Positions 47,172-59,749 are shown, counted from the whole stretch's first letter. The stretch is DNA of 63,245 nucleotides, filler included, from Licmophora abbreviata (GCA_900291995.1; 11 parts of 11 records of this genome joined end to end with filler, not necessarily neighbours in it); one strand, 5' to 3'. Program-made: numbers and translations. Notes: generated by a model from the letters alone, not told the origin.

Positions 47172-47810
47172 TTACATTGAACCATCTTTGCATGGCCGAC
47201 AGATGGGAGGAGCATACGGAGCTTTGAGAACATCCATAAGAGGTTTCAGATGGCCGTCCTTAAGACTGTATACCCAGGAGTGAACTTCAATCAACTGTCC
47301 TCGCTCCCAAGCCCCGCGCAAGGTGGGTGTACGGCTAACATTCTGGGCCTGCGCCATGACATTGAGCTCACAGAGCCGATCGAGGCGGGCCTCGCCCTCC
47401 AACTCTGCAAGCTCTGCATCGTGAAACATTTCGACGTCTTGAATATGACGCAACCAGTTGTCGATCAGCCCGTGCGGGTGCGGTTCCGTCGCCGCCTTGA
47501 TGCCACCACAGCCATAGTGCCCGACGACCATGACATGACTTACCTTTAATACTTCGACAGCGTATTGTATAACTGATAATAGATTTAGATCAGTGTGTAC
47601 GACCATGTTTGCAATGTTTCGGTGGACAAACACTTCTCCCGGCATAAGACCCGTGATTTGATTTGCAGGGACGCGAGAATCTGAGCAGCCAATCCAAAGA
47701 TAATCTGGAGACTGTTGAGCAGCAAGACCTGGAAAGTAAGTGGGGTCATTCTTGGCCGTTTCTTCGGCCCACTTGCGGTTCTTTTCAAGGAGTCTGAATA
47801 GGGATGGCAT
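47172..47810 (-). CDS. Beta-class carbonic anhydrase (Can-like)
   Basis: Zn-ligand motifs WIGCSDSRVP and VVGHYGCGG, plus GEVFVHRNIAN, QYAVEVLKV and LCELNV. The frame stays open upstream to 47939, so the start may be further 5'. Confidence 0.93.
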   Translation of the reverse strand: MPSLFRLLEKNRKWAEETAKNDPTYFPGLAAQQSPDYLWIGCSDSRVPANQITGLMPGEVFVHRNIANMVVHTDLNLLSVIQYAVEVLKVSHVMVVGHYGCGGIKAATEPHPHGLIDNWLRHIQDVEMFHDAELAELEGEARLDRLCELNVMAQAQNVSRTPTLRGAWERGQLIEVHSWVYSLKDGHLKPLMDVLKAPYAPPICRPCKDGSM

Positions 47811-48589
47811 GGCAGTGGTATTGACAGACACTGCGTCGATACGCGTGTCACACGCGGTACACCGGCCGACGGATTTTGCTCCCGAGAAACTCTGACTTTT
47901 AAACTCGGAACGGGATCGTTTGGTGCGTTCGAAGGGACTCTAGCGTTGCGATACAGTTAGCGATAACTTATCACATCGGTCAATGCATGGACAATCTGCT
48001 GAGTGGTCGCTTCGGTTGCTCGTCCTGTGAGATCTTGTGTGATTCTATCGAAACTTCGAATCAGCCATCCCCAAAATCCGAATACTCTTCAGGGTTTGTA
48101 TCACCCGTAAATTATGATCAAGATGTCATTTGAGCTGCTTGGAACGTTGAGGAATTTTGGTTCCCATCCAAGAATCAGAAAATATCATCGACGTCATATC
48201 CATAATTGATATTTGTCGCAAGTACGTAGTTAACCGTGACTCGACTCGTCTTCTACAAAAGTGTCAGAACAGGCTCAAAGCTGTTGTCGCCTTCCGCGTG
48301 CGCACTTTCAACTTTCGAAATTGAAAATGCGAAGCATGCTCAGTTCGGCGACCGCTTGAGCACGTACTGTTTTGAGAGTGAGGCAAACATTGATTCGATT
48401 CATTGTTGCTACTCGAGACAGCCGACAAAGGCTCAACGAAGAAGAAGAAAGTGCGGCGACTCTAGAACTGTCTTGGTTGCCAGAATTTCTGTTTCGCGCT
48501 CGGCACGTTTCGAATCGTGATTGCTGTGACACCTCGCCGCGCGGGAACACACGATAAGGCCATTACAATACGATCGCGAGAGACAAAGG

Positions 48590-49198
48590 ATGTCACCAGT
48601 CATCATGTCATCTCCCTCCTTTGTTCGCAGTGAGCCTGCCTACGACCGTGCGGTTCGTACATTGCGTGACTTCCACGACGATCGCCACAATTTGCGTCGC
48701 GCTAGATTCGATCTGGAAGCAATCGATGAATCTAGCGAGCAGAGTCCCAGCAGGAATCGATTTCACCATGATCTTCGAAAGACGCAGACGTGTTGCTCTT
48801 TATCAGAACTATCCAACACCGAGATCTCAGAACCCGCCGCTCTGCAACGTACGGTCCGTCACAGCAGTCCTCAGATATACGGAAGAATGAAACGACTACA
48901 GCGCGGCGGTGTCGGCGAGGAGCCACAGTCGACGGCGAACGCTTCTTGGGGGTTTTATCAAGAAGTCGACAGTGATGTCGTACCTCCAAACCCATTCATG
49001 ACAACTTCCAACAGCAAACCGCAAATGCTTTCGGCGTTTGCACGCCCACACTCGCCACGGAAGAGTACGAGGACTCAACAATCGTATCGCTCTACTCCTC
49101 GACACACGGTTTCTCCGCCGCCACCCCGTCCTTACGCAAACGATGGACACTTCCTTGCGGTCCTTGAGCAACAAGAGAAGCGACGTGAATCGCACTAA
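48590..49198 (+). CDS. Hypothetical disordered protein with SWGFY motif
   Basis: 202-aa ATG-started ORF; no known domain recognised. Confidence 0.5.
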   Translation: MSPVIMSSPSFVRSEPAYDRAVRTLRDFHDDRHNLRRARFDLEAIDESSEQSPSRNRFHHDLRKTQTCCSLSELSNTEISEPAALQRTVRHSSPQIYGRMKRLQRGGVGEEPQSTANASWGFYQEVDSDVVPPNPFMTTSNSKPQMLSAFARPHSPRKSTRTQQSYRSTPRHTVSPPPPRPYANDGHFLAVLEQQEKRRESH

Positions 49199-50082
49199 AG
49201 GGACACGCAAAATTACAAGGACCAACCCAGTTGCTCATCGCTCTCGTGTACATACTAGAATTCACAATTCATCTCCCAAGAGTGATGTCCCCATGTTGTC
49301 AGTCAGTAGTGGAACGCGCAAATCCAACAATCTTGTTCAAAATTTTAGACTACCATGTATCCTTCTGCTTCGCTTGAACTCTACTAGTAATGAATGCGAC
49401 CGATAACATGTAGATCGATCTGGCGTCTCACTTATTGCGGGTACAACACTTCGTTTCATAGTCGCTACGGTCCGGTGCTTCGCCGAGGTGTGCACATCGA
49501 CAGATTCAAATACTAGTACCACTATCTTTTGGCGCCAGAGCAAGTCCATCTGCACCATAGTTCACTGAGATCCTGTGCCAAGGAAGAAGGCAACGCTGAT
49601 ACTATGCTACGGCACAGTCTCAAGTAAGTCCAAGTGAACTCCTCTTCTCAGCTCAGTCTCAACGCAACAGAGAAAATCCCGGTGATTCATCACTATGATA
49701 TACCCATGATCCAGTATCTAACAATACTTTAAAGTCAGTACGACGGTTGGGAAGGCAAACAGGCTTTACCCGGCCTGGGTCTCTTCGCCGACTGAAAATG
49801 GAATCCCCACTCATTCATAAATATTTTCGATCTGAAAACGCCTGATTCCTTCAGAATCATCTTGTAATTTCATGCACGAATGGGAATCCGTCACAAAGGC
49901 TGTGACTGACTCACGAACGAAGTGCCGCAGCGCAGCCACGACCAACACTCCGTGGGATTGACTTGTGGCACCTGCGCAGCCTGTGTGTTCTCTGCATTCT
50001 CGTTCCACAAGAACAGGCTCACAAAATCAAAAAAAGCATCAAAGAAACTCTACGACTCATTTCTCATCCATCAAAGACCACC

Positions 50083-50271
50083 ATGACGAAATATACCCCA
50101 AAGCGCCGCCAACCATTTGTGACTGGATATTACGATGGCACGCACTACCCTCATATCGACAAGGACCAAACGCCCTCGCTCCCTTGCCGTGACTTTGCAC
50201 CTCTGTTTGCCAGTATCAACCCAGATAAGAAGATGAAGCAGAAGAATAGCAAAGGAAACAACAAGAAGTAA
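50083..50271 (+). CDS. Possible small basic protein (62 aa)
   Basis: ATG in an accATG context after an A/C-rich leader; otherwise unsupported. Confidence 0.35.
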   Translation: MTKYTPKRRQPFVTGYYDGTHYPHIDKDQTPSLPCRDFAPLFASINPDKKMKQKNSKGNNKK

Positions 50272-50819
50272 GGAGTGTCTAGTGGATCTACCCCACCGCT
50301 CTTCTCGCTAGATGGCATCAGTTGGTTGATTCGATCCGTAGTCATAACCATGATATAAAATACAAACGGCACACATCAACAATCATCCATAGTTCTTCTT
50401 ATGTCTAGTACTCTGCGTTCCTGTATGGACCAAACGCAATCGGTCACATGAAGACTGCTCTGATCGCGTTTGCAGCATCCGACATGCCTTGCCCGGCGAT
50501 GCTGTCGGCCGGTGGTGGTGTCATCATGGGATCATGGGCATTCATTCTCTTGGAGGCGGGGTGATGAACTTGGCGAGAAGCCGCCTCGCGTCGATGAGAA
50601 CCCGCGACTGACTCACATGTCGACTCACTCGACTGACTCACCCATTCGACCAGAGATTTCTGGGAATAACATTCCTGATTCCTCTCACATTGGAGGATAC
50701 CAGCGCGATCGCGCAAGCAGAAATCAGCAGAAGTGAAATCCGAAGATGGCAATATATTTCAGTTCCAAATCAGCGATCGTAGCATTGAGAGTTCCAGCGT
50801 AGTTTATTCCTTGTTCCCG

Positions 50820-53800
50820 ATGTCCTCGACAACGACCATTCCCGAGGATAAGCCCCTCTTAGAAGAAGGGTCTCTGACAAGCATCCCCGAGGGGGCGGAA
50901 GTGTCGCTTCACGGCAGCTCCTGGTTCTCCATGTTTTCGACTAACAGTCTCTTTTCCAGTCCGCATACGCCAGATAACTCAAGCGAAAGTGTCGCCTTGC
51001 ATGAAGAAAGTCAACCAACAGTGGAACCGGTGATTCTGGAAGCTTCAATGAACATGCGACGTGGGAGCCGCGGCATGTGGAAGCGTCACTATGTCGTGGT
51101 GAACTTCGGCGAGAAAGGCAGCATCACCTGTCATCGAGCACCAGTCTTGAAGAAGAACCCCACTCGTGTCGATCCGGTGGCAGTACACATTCCTTCTTTC
51201 ATCGAGTGGACATGTCTGGACGTCGAAAATACAAATAACATGTTTGTCATTCAGATTGTCACGTCGGAGCATCAGCAAGAATTTCAGGATGACAGCGGAG
51301 TGTTCGAACAGGACGACATATCCGTCATGTCAGGCTCGCATCAGTCGTCGGAGGATATTCTGACTGTTCAGAATACGTTCGAAAAGGATGTTGCCAAAGC
51401 AGAGCGGATGAAGAAACCTCTTCGTTACTTCTTTCGTTTCCACCACGACACCAAGACGAAGGCTTTCTGGCTCACCACAATGAGACAACATGACCGTCTG
51501 TCGGATCGATCGGAACGCAGGCGCAAGCTTCTACGCTTCGTACCATCCGTGAAGCCTACCGGAGCAGGAAGTAGTGGCAGTATCACTGCTCACTCTTCGG
51601 AACGCTCTTCGGGTATTTTCACACCCATTTCGGCTCGTCGGGGTTCCACCGTTCCTCTCGCGGCGCACGAACAAGCAGAGCTGTTGGCACAGAAGCGAGG
51701 CGCCAACTCCTCGGAACGCTTTTTGATAAACCCGGATTATGCCTATCCGAACACGCGTATGGATCGTGATCAGCTTCGAGATGAAATGAACAAACCATCC
51801 AAGTACTATCACGATTTGCGCGTCCCTTCTAGGCGAGGAGAGGAGGTTGGCCTGGTTCGAGTCGAGATTCTGCAGTGTTTCGGATTGCCAAAGCTCGACG
51901 CTATTGGAGAGACGGATGCATACTGCCTGGCTGTTTGCGGATCGTATGCCTTCAAGACGGATGTTATCCCGGGCGTTGCCAACCCCATGTGGTTGAGTAG
52001 GATGCGACGGGCTTGTGTCTTTCCAGTATTTGAGGCTTACGCTCGACTCTACGTGGGGGTGTTCGATGACGATGGGCCCGATGAACGCGACGACTTTGCT
52101 GGGCGTGTTGTGCTGGACATCTCAGCCATGCGACCTCGCTCTACGTACGATGTCACTCTACCACTTCGGCTGTCGGGAGACGTCTATATGCGCAGGCCGC
52201 GGGGGGCCATTCGGATGCGCTTTCATGTGTCATGGAAAACCGAACGGAGCGCCTTGCTGTCGTACTTTCCCAAAAAGGCACCCAAGATTGCACCGCATGA
52301 AAGCGTGACAGTTGGTTGTGTTGATAAGAAATCCTTTCAGAATGTGGCGCTCGTCGTGCACGGAACTCACTCGCAGGGTCGTTTCAGTATGAAGAAGGTC
52401 AAAGCACTGGTGCGAGAGATCAATTTCACGAGGATTCACATCTTACGTTACATGCGCAAACGAGAATTTCGGAACCTACGCACTTGGACGAATCCGTTTA
52501 TTTCCGGTTTCGTCTTTGTCTCCTGGATGCACAGCATTTACTACGATACGGTCAGATACGTTCCAGGGCACCTCATCACCTTTTTGCTTTTATACCTCTG
52601 GAAGAACTACGCCAAATATGGCATGGATGCTCCGTTGAACAAAGGCTTTGTCCCTCCGACATGGGAAGAAATGTTCGCTGCTCTACTGTGGGGGGATTCT
52701 AAGGACAGTCATTGCATTGAACCCTTGGAAATTGGCATGGACGAGTCGAAACGATTAAACCCCATGCAGTTCATGAGTGCGTCTTCGGCCGTTTTGGGCC
52801 AGCCGTCCAACATTGATGAGATCTCACGGCAGTTCCGGAGGGGTGTCAAAGTAACAAAGCACCGCCACCGTCTCAAGACATACTATCATACGTTTGTGGG
52901 GTCTAGCGCCGTTGATTTCCTCGTCAACAGTGGATACGCGGACTCGAGACAAGAGGCAGTGATGATTGGACGACAACTCGAAAAGAAGAAACTCTTTGAG
53001 CACGTCGCACGTCACCATGAGTTCAAGGACGAAAGGCTATTTTACTANNNNNNNNNNNNNNNNNNNNNNNNNNNNNNNNNNNNNNNNNNNNTTAATTAAT
53101 TAANNNNNNNNNNNNNNNNNNNNNNNNNNNNNNNNNNNNNNNNNNNNTACATCAATAGGAACGCCGCGGGGGAAACCACTATTCCGCATGCTGGGGTTCC
53201 TTAATGAAGACGCGAACTTTGACGACGATCAGCTAGAGATGCCATACTCCGAGGGCTCAGAGTGTCCTCGATTTACGGTAAAAGAGTCTTTGGTGATTCG
53301 TTCTAAAGAGTCGAAGCGACTTCTTAAGCGCATGCTTAGTTACGGGGATGACGATGATGACGCCGCTGAATTGGGAGTCGAGGGAAGAACCGAGAAGCTT
53401 GGGGACGAAGCAAAGTCGGCGATCACGAAGCTTGACAGCTTCCTGGGTCAAGGGAATCAGGATATTTGTCCTATCTTTCCAGAACCCGAGGAGCTTGACC
53501 CGAACGATTCAAGTGTGACGGTGAAAATACTCAAAAAGCCTCCCAACCAGGATATTGACTTCAAGGCCAAGGGTTCGGACCGGCCCATAACAGATGTTCT
53601 TGCCGAGGCCCGACACAAGGTACATGGGATATTGCTGCATGCCTTCAACGACAAGCTGTATGTAGTCGGGAACACAGGTCCTGATGCAAACGGAGGTGCT
53701 CCGTTGAAGAAGAAGTCCAAACTCTCCAGGATCAAAAGCAGCGTAGGCAAGACAATCGCTTCGCCTACTCGCATCTCAGGCCGCAAGAAGACAGAGAAGA

Positions 53801-54591
53801 GTGATGAGAGCTCTTCTAACCTGCTAGGTTCTTCGCCAAATGGAAGTAGCAGCGGAAAGAAAAAGTCCAAGCCAGAAAAGAACAGTGTGGAAGCCGAGAA
53901 AGAGGAGAATGACAAACTTCTAAGCGTTGGCAAGTATTCCAACAGCAATCCGTGGGTGAGTAAGATTGGGGTGATCCTGACTCCCATCATCGAGATCGCA
54001 TACGAATGGCTTTGTCTCTTTCGTGCCTTGTTCAATCTCTTCACATGGCGAGATCCGATTCTGTCGTTCTGGGTTTCCATCATTGCTCCCATAGTGGTGC
54101 TGGTACTCCACTTCTTCCCCTGGCGTATCGTACTGGGCCTTGTGGGTTTCGCCCTGTTTGGTCCACAGAATTGGGTACTTCGCATCGTTCGAGAGCGCAA
54201 AGGCATATTCCCCCCTGATATGGACAGGCTCGTTCGCAAAAAGAAGAAGACGACCAAGGTCGAGGAACCATTGGACGAACCGCTCTTTTGCAATGCAACG
54301 GTACGAAACGAACCGCTCGATTATGACAGACTGGAACAGTCCCACGTGCGAAAGATTGCCGTCCCCTACTCTCCTCTCATGTACAGCCACCGATTCTATG
54401 ATTGGCCACCCGAACCGGAGTACGCTCGCGTTAAGGCAGACAAGCCAGATGAGACGGACAACGATTACCTGCGGTCAGAGGCGCCGGAAAGGGGATTTCA
54501 CGATGGCCGTAGCGAGTCAAAGCTCCTTGCACCGCTGCGTCTCCGCAGTCGACGAGGCGGCCCATCGTTGAAGCCATTGAAGTCCATATAG
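50820..54591 (+). CDS. MCTP-like membrane protein: PH-like + C2 + TM + DEP + PRT_C-like TM region; spans a gap
   Basis: PH-like WKRHYVVV..KAFWLTTM. C2 VRVEILQCFGLPKLDAIGETDAY..NPMW..VFDDD..DDFAGRV. DEP HRHRLKTYYHTFVGSSAVDFL..SRQEAVMIGRQL..FEHV..FKDERLFY. PRT_C-like FRALFNLFTWRDPILSFW. The join across the gap is inferred. Confidence 0.75.
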
Positions 54592-54621
54592 CTGTAAGAA
54601 GAAAGTAATGCAATGCGAGAA

Positions 54622-55469
54622 TCATCCACTTTTTGTTGGTCTACCCAGTACTGTGCCCGTCCCAGTACCGGTAGACCAGAATGAGATCGTATGGAATTTC
54701 CTCCCTAGATCATGCTCCGAACAGCGTGCAGTAACAAGCTCTTTCATTTCATCGTCATGAAGTGCCTGCAGGTCCATATCGACCACGGTCCATTCCGGAA
54801 GCGGCTCTGCATCAATAAAGGGCGTATACAGGACCCCGCCGCGTCCATTGCGATTCAGCAAAGCCGGTACCCAAGAAAAGTCGCTTCGAGCCATGACGAA
54901 GACATCTGCCGACACAAAAGCTTTCCAAACGGAAGCCAAGTCCGTATCCAAGTGAAGAGTATAATTGCGGTGTTGAAAAACATCAAAAGGACTCGAAACT
55001 GTTTCGTTCCGAGTATACAGAAATCTCATAGTCATCGTCGTCGTCGTCGTCTTTCATCAGATACCGATCCAGTACAGCCATATAGTACGAATTAGGAGTA
55101 TATCGTTCGGGATGATTGCAGGGTGTGACATCTCCGCGTCGAAGATGAATTGCCACGGTCCTCTTCTTCTTCATGTTGTCGTCGTCGTGTGTCGCAGGAT
55201 AGTTCACAAAGGATCGAATATACCCGAGCCATTCTGGACTCCGTACAGTACGATAGCTATTATTAGGAGCAATGCCTTCTCGCAGACTCTTGTAGTATTC
55301 CTGCATGTCTCGCACGACCCTTTTTTGTTCGTCCTTGTTGGTTATCTTCCATGGACAAGCAAACGGCAAGACGTCATCTCGTAGGCCTAAACCATCACGA
55401 AGCAATGCTTTCTCAGTCGTCCTCTTATTGGATTGCATGGTCGTCGCTGCTATTGCTGCCGTCGTCCCA
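54622..55469 (-). CDS. Glycosyltransferase-like protein (GT11/GT23-type HxRRGD), copy 1; 5' end in the gap; 1-nt frameshift at ~54986
   Basis: VAIHLRRGDV, TPNSYY and ADVFVMARSDFSWVPALLN. An extra base in tccttttga breaks ESF|DVF. Confidence 0.65.
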
Positions 55470-55569
55470 NNNNNNNNNNNNNNNNNNNNNNNNNNNNNNN
55501 NNNNNNNNNNNNNTTAATTAATTAANNNNNNNNNNNNNNNNNNNNNNNNNNNNNNNNNNNNNNNNNNNN

Positions 55570-56476
55570 CAAAAGACTCGAAACTGTTTCGTTCCGAATA
55601 TACAGAAACCTCAAAGTCGTGTTCGTTCTTGCTCAGATACCGATCCAGTACAGCCAGATAGTACAAATTCGGAGTGTATCGTTCGGGATGATTGCAGGGT
55701 GTGACATCCCCGCGTCGAAGATGAATTGCCACGGTCCTCTTCTTCTTCATGCTGTTTTCATCGTCGTCCTGTGTCACGGCAGGATAGTTCACATAGGATC
55801 GAATATACCCGAGCCATTCTGGACTTCGTGCAGTACGATAGTTATTACTAGGAGCAATGCCCTCTTGTAGACTCTTGTAGTAGTGCTGCATGTCTCGCAG
55901 GGCCTTCTTTTGTTCGTCCTTGGTTGTGCTCCGCAGTATGGTCCTTGGACAAGCAAACGGCAAGACGTCATCTGCTAGGCCCAAACCATCCCGAAGCAAA
56001 ACTGTCTCAGTCGTCCTCTTGGATTGTATGCTCGTCGCTGCTGTCCTATTACTAGTATAAGAGTCTGAAACATCACATGCACCCCCAAAGGGCACCCCGT
56101 TGGCATAGGCAATGGCATGGGCCGTGAGCATGCTGGCAATGACAGATCCCGATCGGTCCGTCTGAGCCACAATGTAGAGCGGGGCTTTTGTTGCTGCGGT
56201 TTTGTTGCTACGGATGTCATTGCTAACGTTACGTTCGATAGTGTCGTGTTGTATAAGAAGAGGTTCATGACCAAGAAGCCAACTAGTGGAGGATGTTTGA
56301 AGAATGAGTCCTACCCAGACAAGTACTACTAGTAGTAGTAGTAGTAGTAGTAGTAGTAGCACGAGAATGAGCAAAGTCCTGCTACTTTGTCGACGAGAGA
56401 AGGCAGTCTTCTTCTTTTTCTTTAAAGATGACAGCGCCATGATGGCTTTTCTAAAGATGGCAAAACGTCGTTTCAT
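55570..56476 (-). CDS. Glycosyltransferase-like type II membrane protein, copy 2; 3' end in the gap
   Basis: Basic N-terminus, poly-Leu TM, DRSGSVI..ML.AHA, VAIHLRRGDV; close paralog of copy 1. Confidence 0.7.
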
Positions 56477-57277
56477 TCCTTTGGAGACGAGACAGACATC
56501 ACAAGATCGGTCTGATGTTGTGGGACATTCATCTTTTCAAAACTGAGAGAGAGATATTCTGAACCCTCATCTGCCGCGTTGTCTACGAGTCGTGGTGCAC
56601 TGCTCGTGACTGAAAAGTCTGAGTCATGCTTTGTGTTTTCTAAAAGAGGATAGATCTTTGTCTCGCGTCGCGTTGTGTTAGTGAGTGAGATGGTTGCAAT
56701 GGTACAGTGAGCCTTCCCACCGCCCTTTCTGGTGTTGCCATGACTTCGACTGACGACAGCAACGAAAAGAGTGCTTTGGTGATTGCGCTGGCACTCCAAA
56801 ACTATGACATCTTCTACTCGCTCAAGCCTGGAACTGCCACTGTCCCAATCGTGGAACANNNNNNNNNNNNNNNNNNNNNNNNNNNNNNNNNNNNNNNNNN
56901 NNTTAATTAATTAANNNNNNNNNNNNNNNNNNNNNNNNNNNNNNNNNNNNNNNNNNNNGGCGTCCATTTTCCCTCCATTTCCCGCCCTTTTTCAAGTTTT
57001 CTCAGCGCTTCGAGCTCGCGAACTTCCCTTGACATCTACAGAGATTCGACACTCGAACAGACCGGGAGCAATCGTTCCAGTTTTTTCGAATGACACACGT
57101 TCTTTTGCCGTGTAGATTTCCATTCTTGGTTCGTCCACGACGTGCTTGTACGATAGTTGTACGCGGGTTTGTTCGGATGGGTTCACTTTTTCTTTTTTCA
57201 ATCTTCTTGACTTGTTTCACAATCAAACATTCTTCGTTTGCTACGCTCTTTCTGCTCTCACTCTCTCCTTACCTACC

Positions 57278-58020
57278 ATGAGTGACAACAACAACGACAA
57301 AAAGATGCCAGCCAAGAAGAAGGGCGAGCTCAAGCGAGACTTCGAAGAAGAAAAGGTGGAAGAAGGATTCGTAGACCCTCCTACCAAATCTAGTACAAGA
57401 AGCAAGCGCGGTAGTCTTCGTGGACTCGATACGGACGACACGGCCAAGCCGAGTGCTGCGCCTCGTGGCAAAGCTGCTGCTGGCTTGCTGAATCATTATG
57501 ATGACGATGAGGACTTCGATGAGGATACCGAATATGACGAGGATTATTTTGATGATGTTGAAACTGGCCGCAGCGGCAACACGGAAAAGGGCGAATATCG
57601 TCTGGCCGCGGCCGTTGCACGAGGAGAAGCTCGTCTATCCGGCGAAACGAAGAAAGGCGCGTCGCCTCCCACGGACTCTGACAGTCCAGCGACTTCTAAC
57701 GCTGCTGCTGCTACGACACAGCCGGGGGCGTTCCACATGGGCGTTGATGGTTTCGATGCCAGCACTAGTACTACTTTGGATGATGAAACCACACTGGCCG
57801 ACTTTACCGTGACGAATCAAGATCATTCGCGAGACATTCTTGTCGTACCACCTCCGCAGACACCTCCCATTGTGTCTGCCAAGCTCGTCAACGATGATGC
57901 AGTTGAAGCTGTCGAGGTCGTAGAACCGCCTCCTCCTCGCGAAGAACAAGATGCTTCTATAGTCTCGTGTCCCTGCACAAAGCGAAATGTAATCCTGCTG
58001 ACTGTAATCGGTTTGCTGCT
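57278..58020 (+). CDS. N-terminal cytoplasmic part of a type II membrane protein (partial; probably continuous with the FG-GAP region)
   Basis: Acidic disordered region with PGAF and SAKLV motifs; a hydrophobic segment begins at the gap edge (KRNVILLTVIGLL). Confidence 0.6.
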
Positions 58021-58120
58021 NNNNNNNNNNNNNNNNNNNNNNNNNNNNNNNNNNNNNNNNNNNNTTAATTAATTAANNNNNNNNNNNNNNNNNNNNNNNN
58101 NNNNNNNNNNNNNNNNNNNN

Positions 58121-59649
58121 ACAGCTCGGCCAAGACATTGTCGGAACCGGCGACGGTGACTCCGTCGGGTATTCTTTTGCCATTTCGTCTGACGGCAGTA
58201 TCCTTGCCGTGACTGCAAAAGACAACGACGACAATGGAGTTGATTCCGGACAGGTGCGCGTGTTTCAGTGGAATGGATCAAGTTGGGCCCAATTGGGCCA
58301 GACTCTAGTCGGAGAGAATGCTCGTGATGGGTTTGGCTTATCTGTCTCCTTGTCGTCAGACGGCAGTATTCTTGCTGTTGGTGCACAATTGAACGACGAC
58401 AATGGAACATCTTCAGGACACGTGCGAGTATTCCAGCGGAATGGATCGAGTTGGGTTCAGTTGGGCCAGACTCTTGTCGGGGAGAATGCTGGTGACTTAT
58501 TTGGTTACTCGATCTCCTTGTCATCCGATGGCAGTATCCTTGCCGTGGGTGCACTATGGAACGACGACAATGGAACAAATTCCGGACACGTGCGAGTGTT
58601 TGAGCGGAATGGATCAAGTTGGGGCCAGCTAGGCCAGAGTCTTGTTGGAGAGAATGCTGGTGATTGGTTTGGTTACTCGGTCTCCTTGTCGTCCGATGGC
58701 AGTATCCTTGTCGTGGGGGCAACAGACAACGGCGACAATGAAGTTTCTTCCAAATACGTGCGAGCGTTTGAGCGGAATGGATCGAGTTGGATCCAGTTGG
58801 GACAGACTCTAGTCGGCGAGAATGTTAAGGATTTGTTTGGTGGGTCGATCTCCTTGTCGTCCGACGGCAGTGTCCTTGCCGTGGGCGCAAGATACAACGC
58901 CGACAATGGAGTTAGATCCGGACACGTGCGAGTATTCCAGTGGAATGGATCGAGTTGGGTCCGGTTAGGCCAGACTCTAGTCGGCGAGAATGCTTACGAT
59001 AATTTTGGTCGGTCGGTCTCCTTGTCGTCCAACGGCCGTATCCTTGCGGTGGGTGCATGGGCCAACGACGACAATGGACCTGATTCCGGACACGTGCGAG
59101 TGTTTCAGGTGCTGAATGGAGCATGGACGCAAGTGGCAAGTGCGATTCCTGGCAAGGGATTTGATGATCAGTTTGGCATTTCTGTGGCCTTATCTGCGGA
59201 TGGCACAACTGTGGCAGGGGGTGCGAATCAGTTTGGGAAATCTGGAGACACTCCAGGCTATGTCAGTGTTTACCAGCTGTCAACAATAGATCCTACTCCA
59301 GCCCCTGTCTCAACGAACAATCCAACTGCCGCAACCGTATCACCACAACCTTCCAACTCACCACAACCCACCAACTCACCACTCTTCAGTGGGTGGTCAC
59401 AGCTTGGACAAGAAATTGTCGGGACCAGCGATGATGATCGTTTCGGCGGGTCCATCGCTATTTCGTCTGACGGCATTATCCTTGCTGCGGGCGCTAGATA
59501 CAATGACGACAATGGAACATCTTCAGGACACGTGCGAGTATTCCAGCGGAATGGATCGAGTTGGGTCCAGTTGGGCCAGACTCTTGTCGGGGAGAATGCT
59601 GGTGACTTATTTGGTTACTCGATCTCCTTGTCATCCGATGGCAGTATCC
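58121..59649 (+). CDS. FG-GAP (integrin-alpha-like) beta-propeller repeat protein (partial at both ends)
   Basis: About 55-aa/165-nt repeats WxQLGQTLVGENAxDxFGxSxSLSSDGSILAVGAxxNDDNGxxSGHVRVF: seven units, a Pro/Thr linker, then the start of a second propeller. Confidence 0.88.
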
Positions 59650-59749
59650 NNNNNNNNNNNNNNNNNNNNNNNNNNNNNNNNNNNNNNNNNNNNTTAATTA
59701 ATTAANNNNNNNNNNNNNNNNNNNNNNNNNNNNNNNNNNNNNNNNNNNN

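Noticed and set aside
48191..48196. TGACGT (CCRE-like) upstream of the carbonic anhydrase
   Set aside because: A single hexamer is expected by chance, and the transcription start is unknown.
53457..54293. 278-aa minus-strand ORF
   Set aside because: Antisense to the MCTP-like gene, with no independent features.
1802..54990. Programmed ribosomal frameshifting (antizyme-like) as the cause of the split genes
   Set aside because: There is no consistent slippery site or stimulatory structure, the breaks go in both directions, and the gap flanks show homopolymer errors in this assembly.
56740..56858. Possible gene start MTSTDDSNEK.. running into a gap
   Set aside because: Only about 39 codons are visible, too few to support a call.
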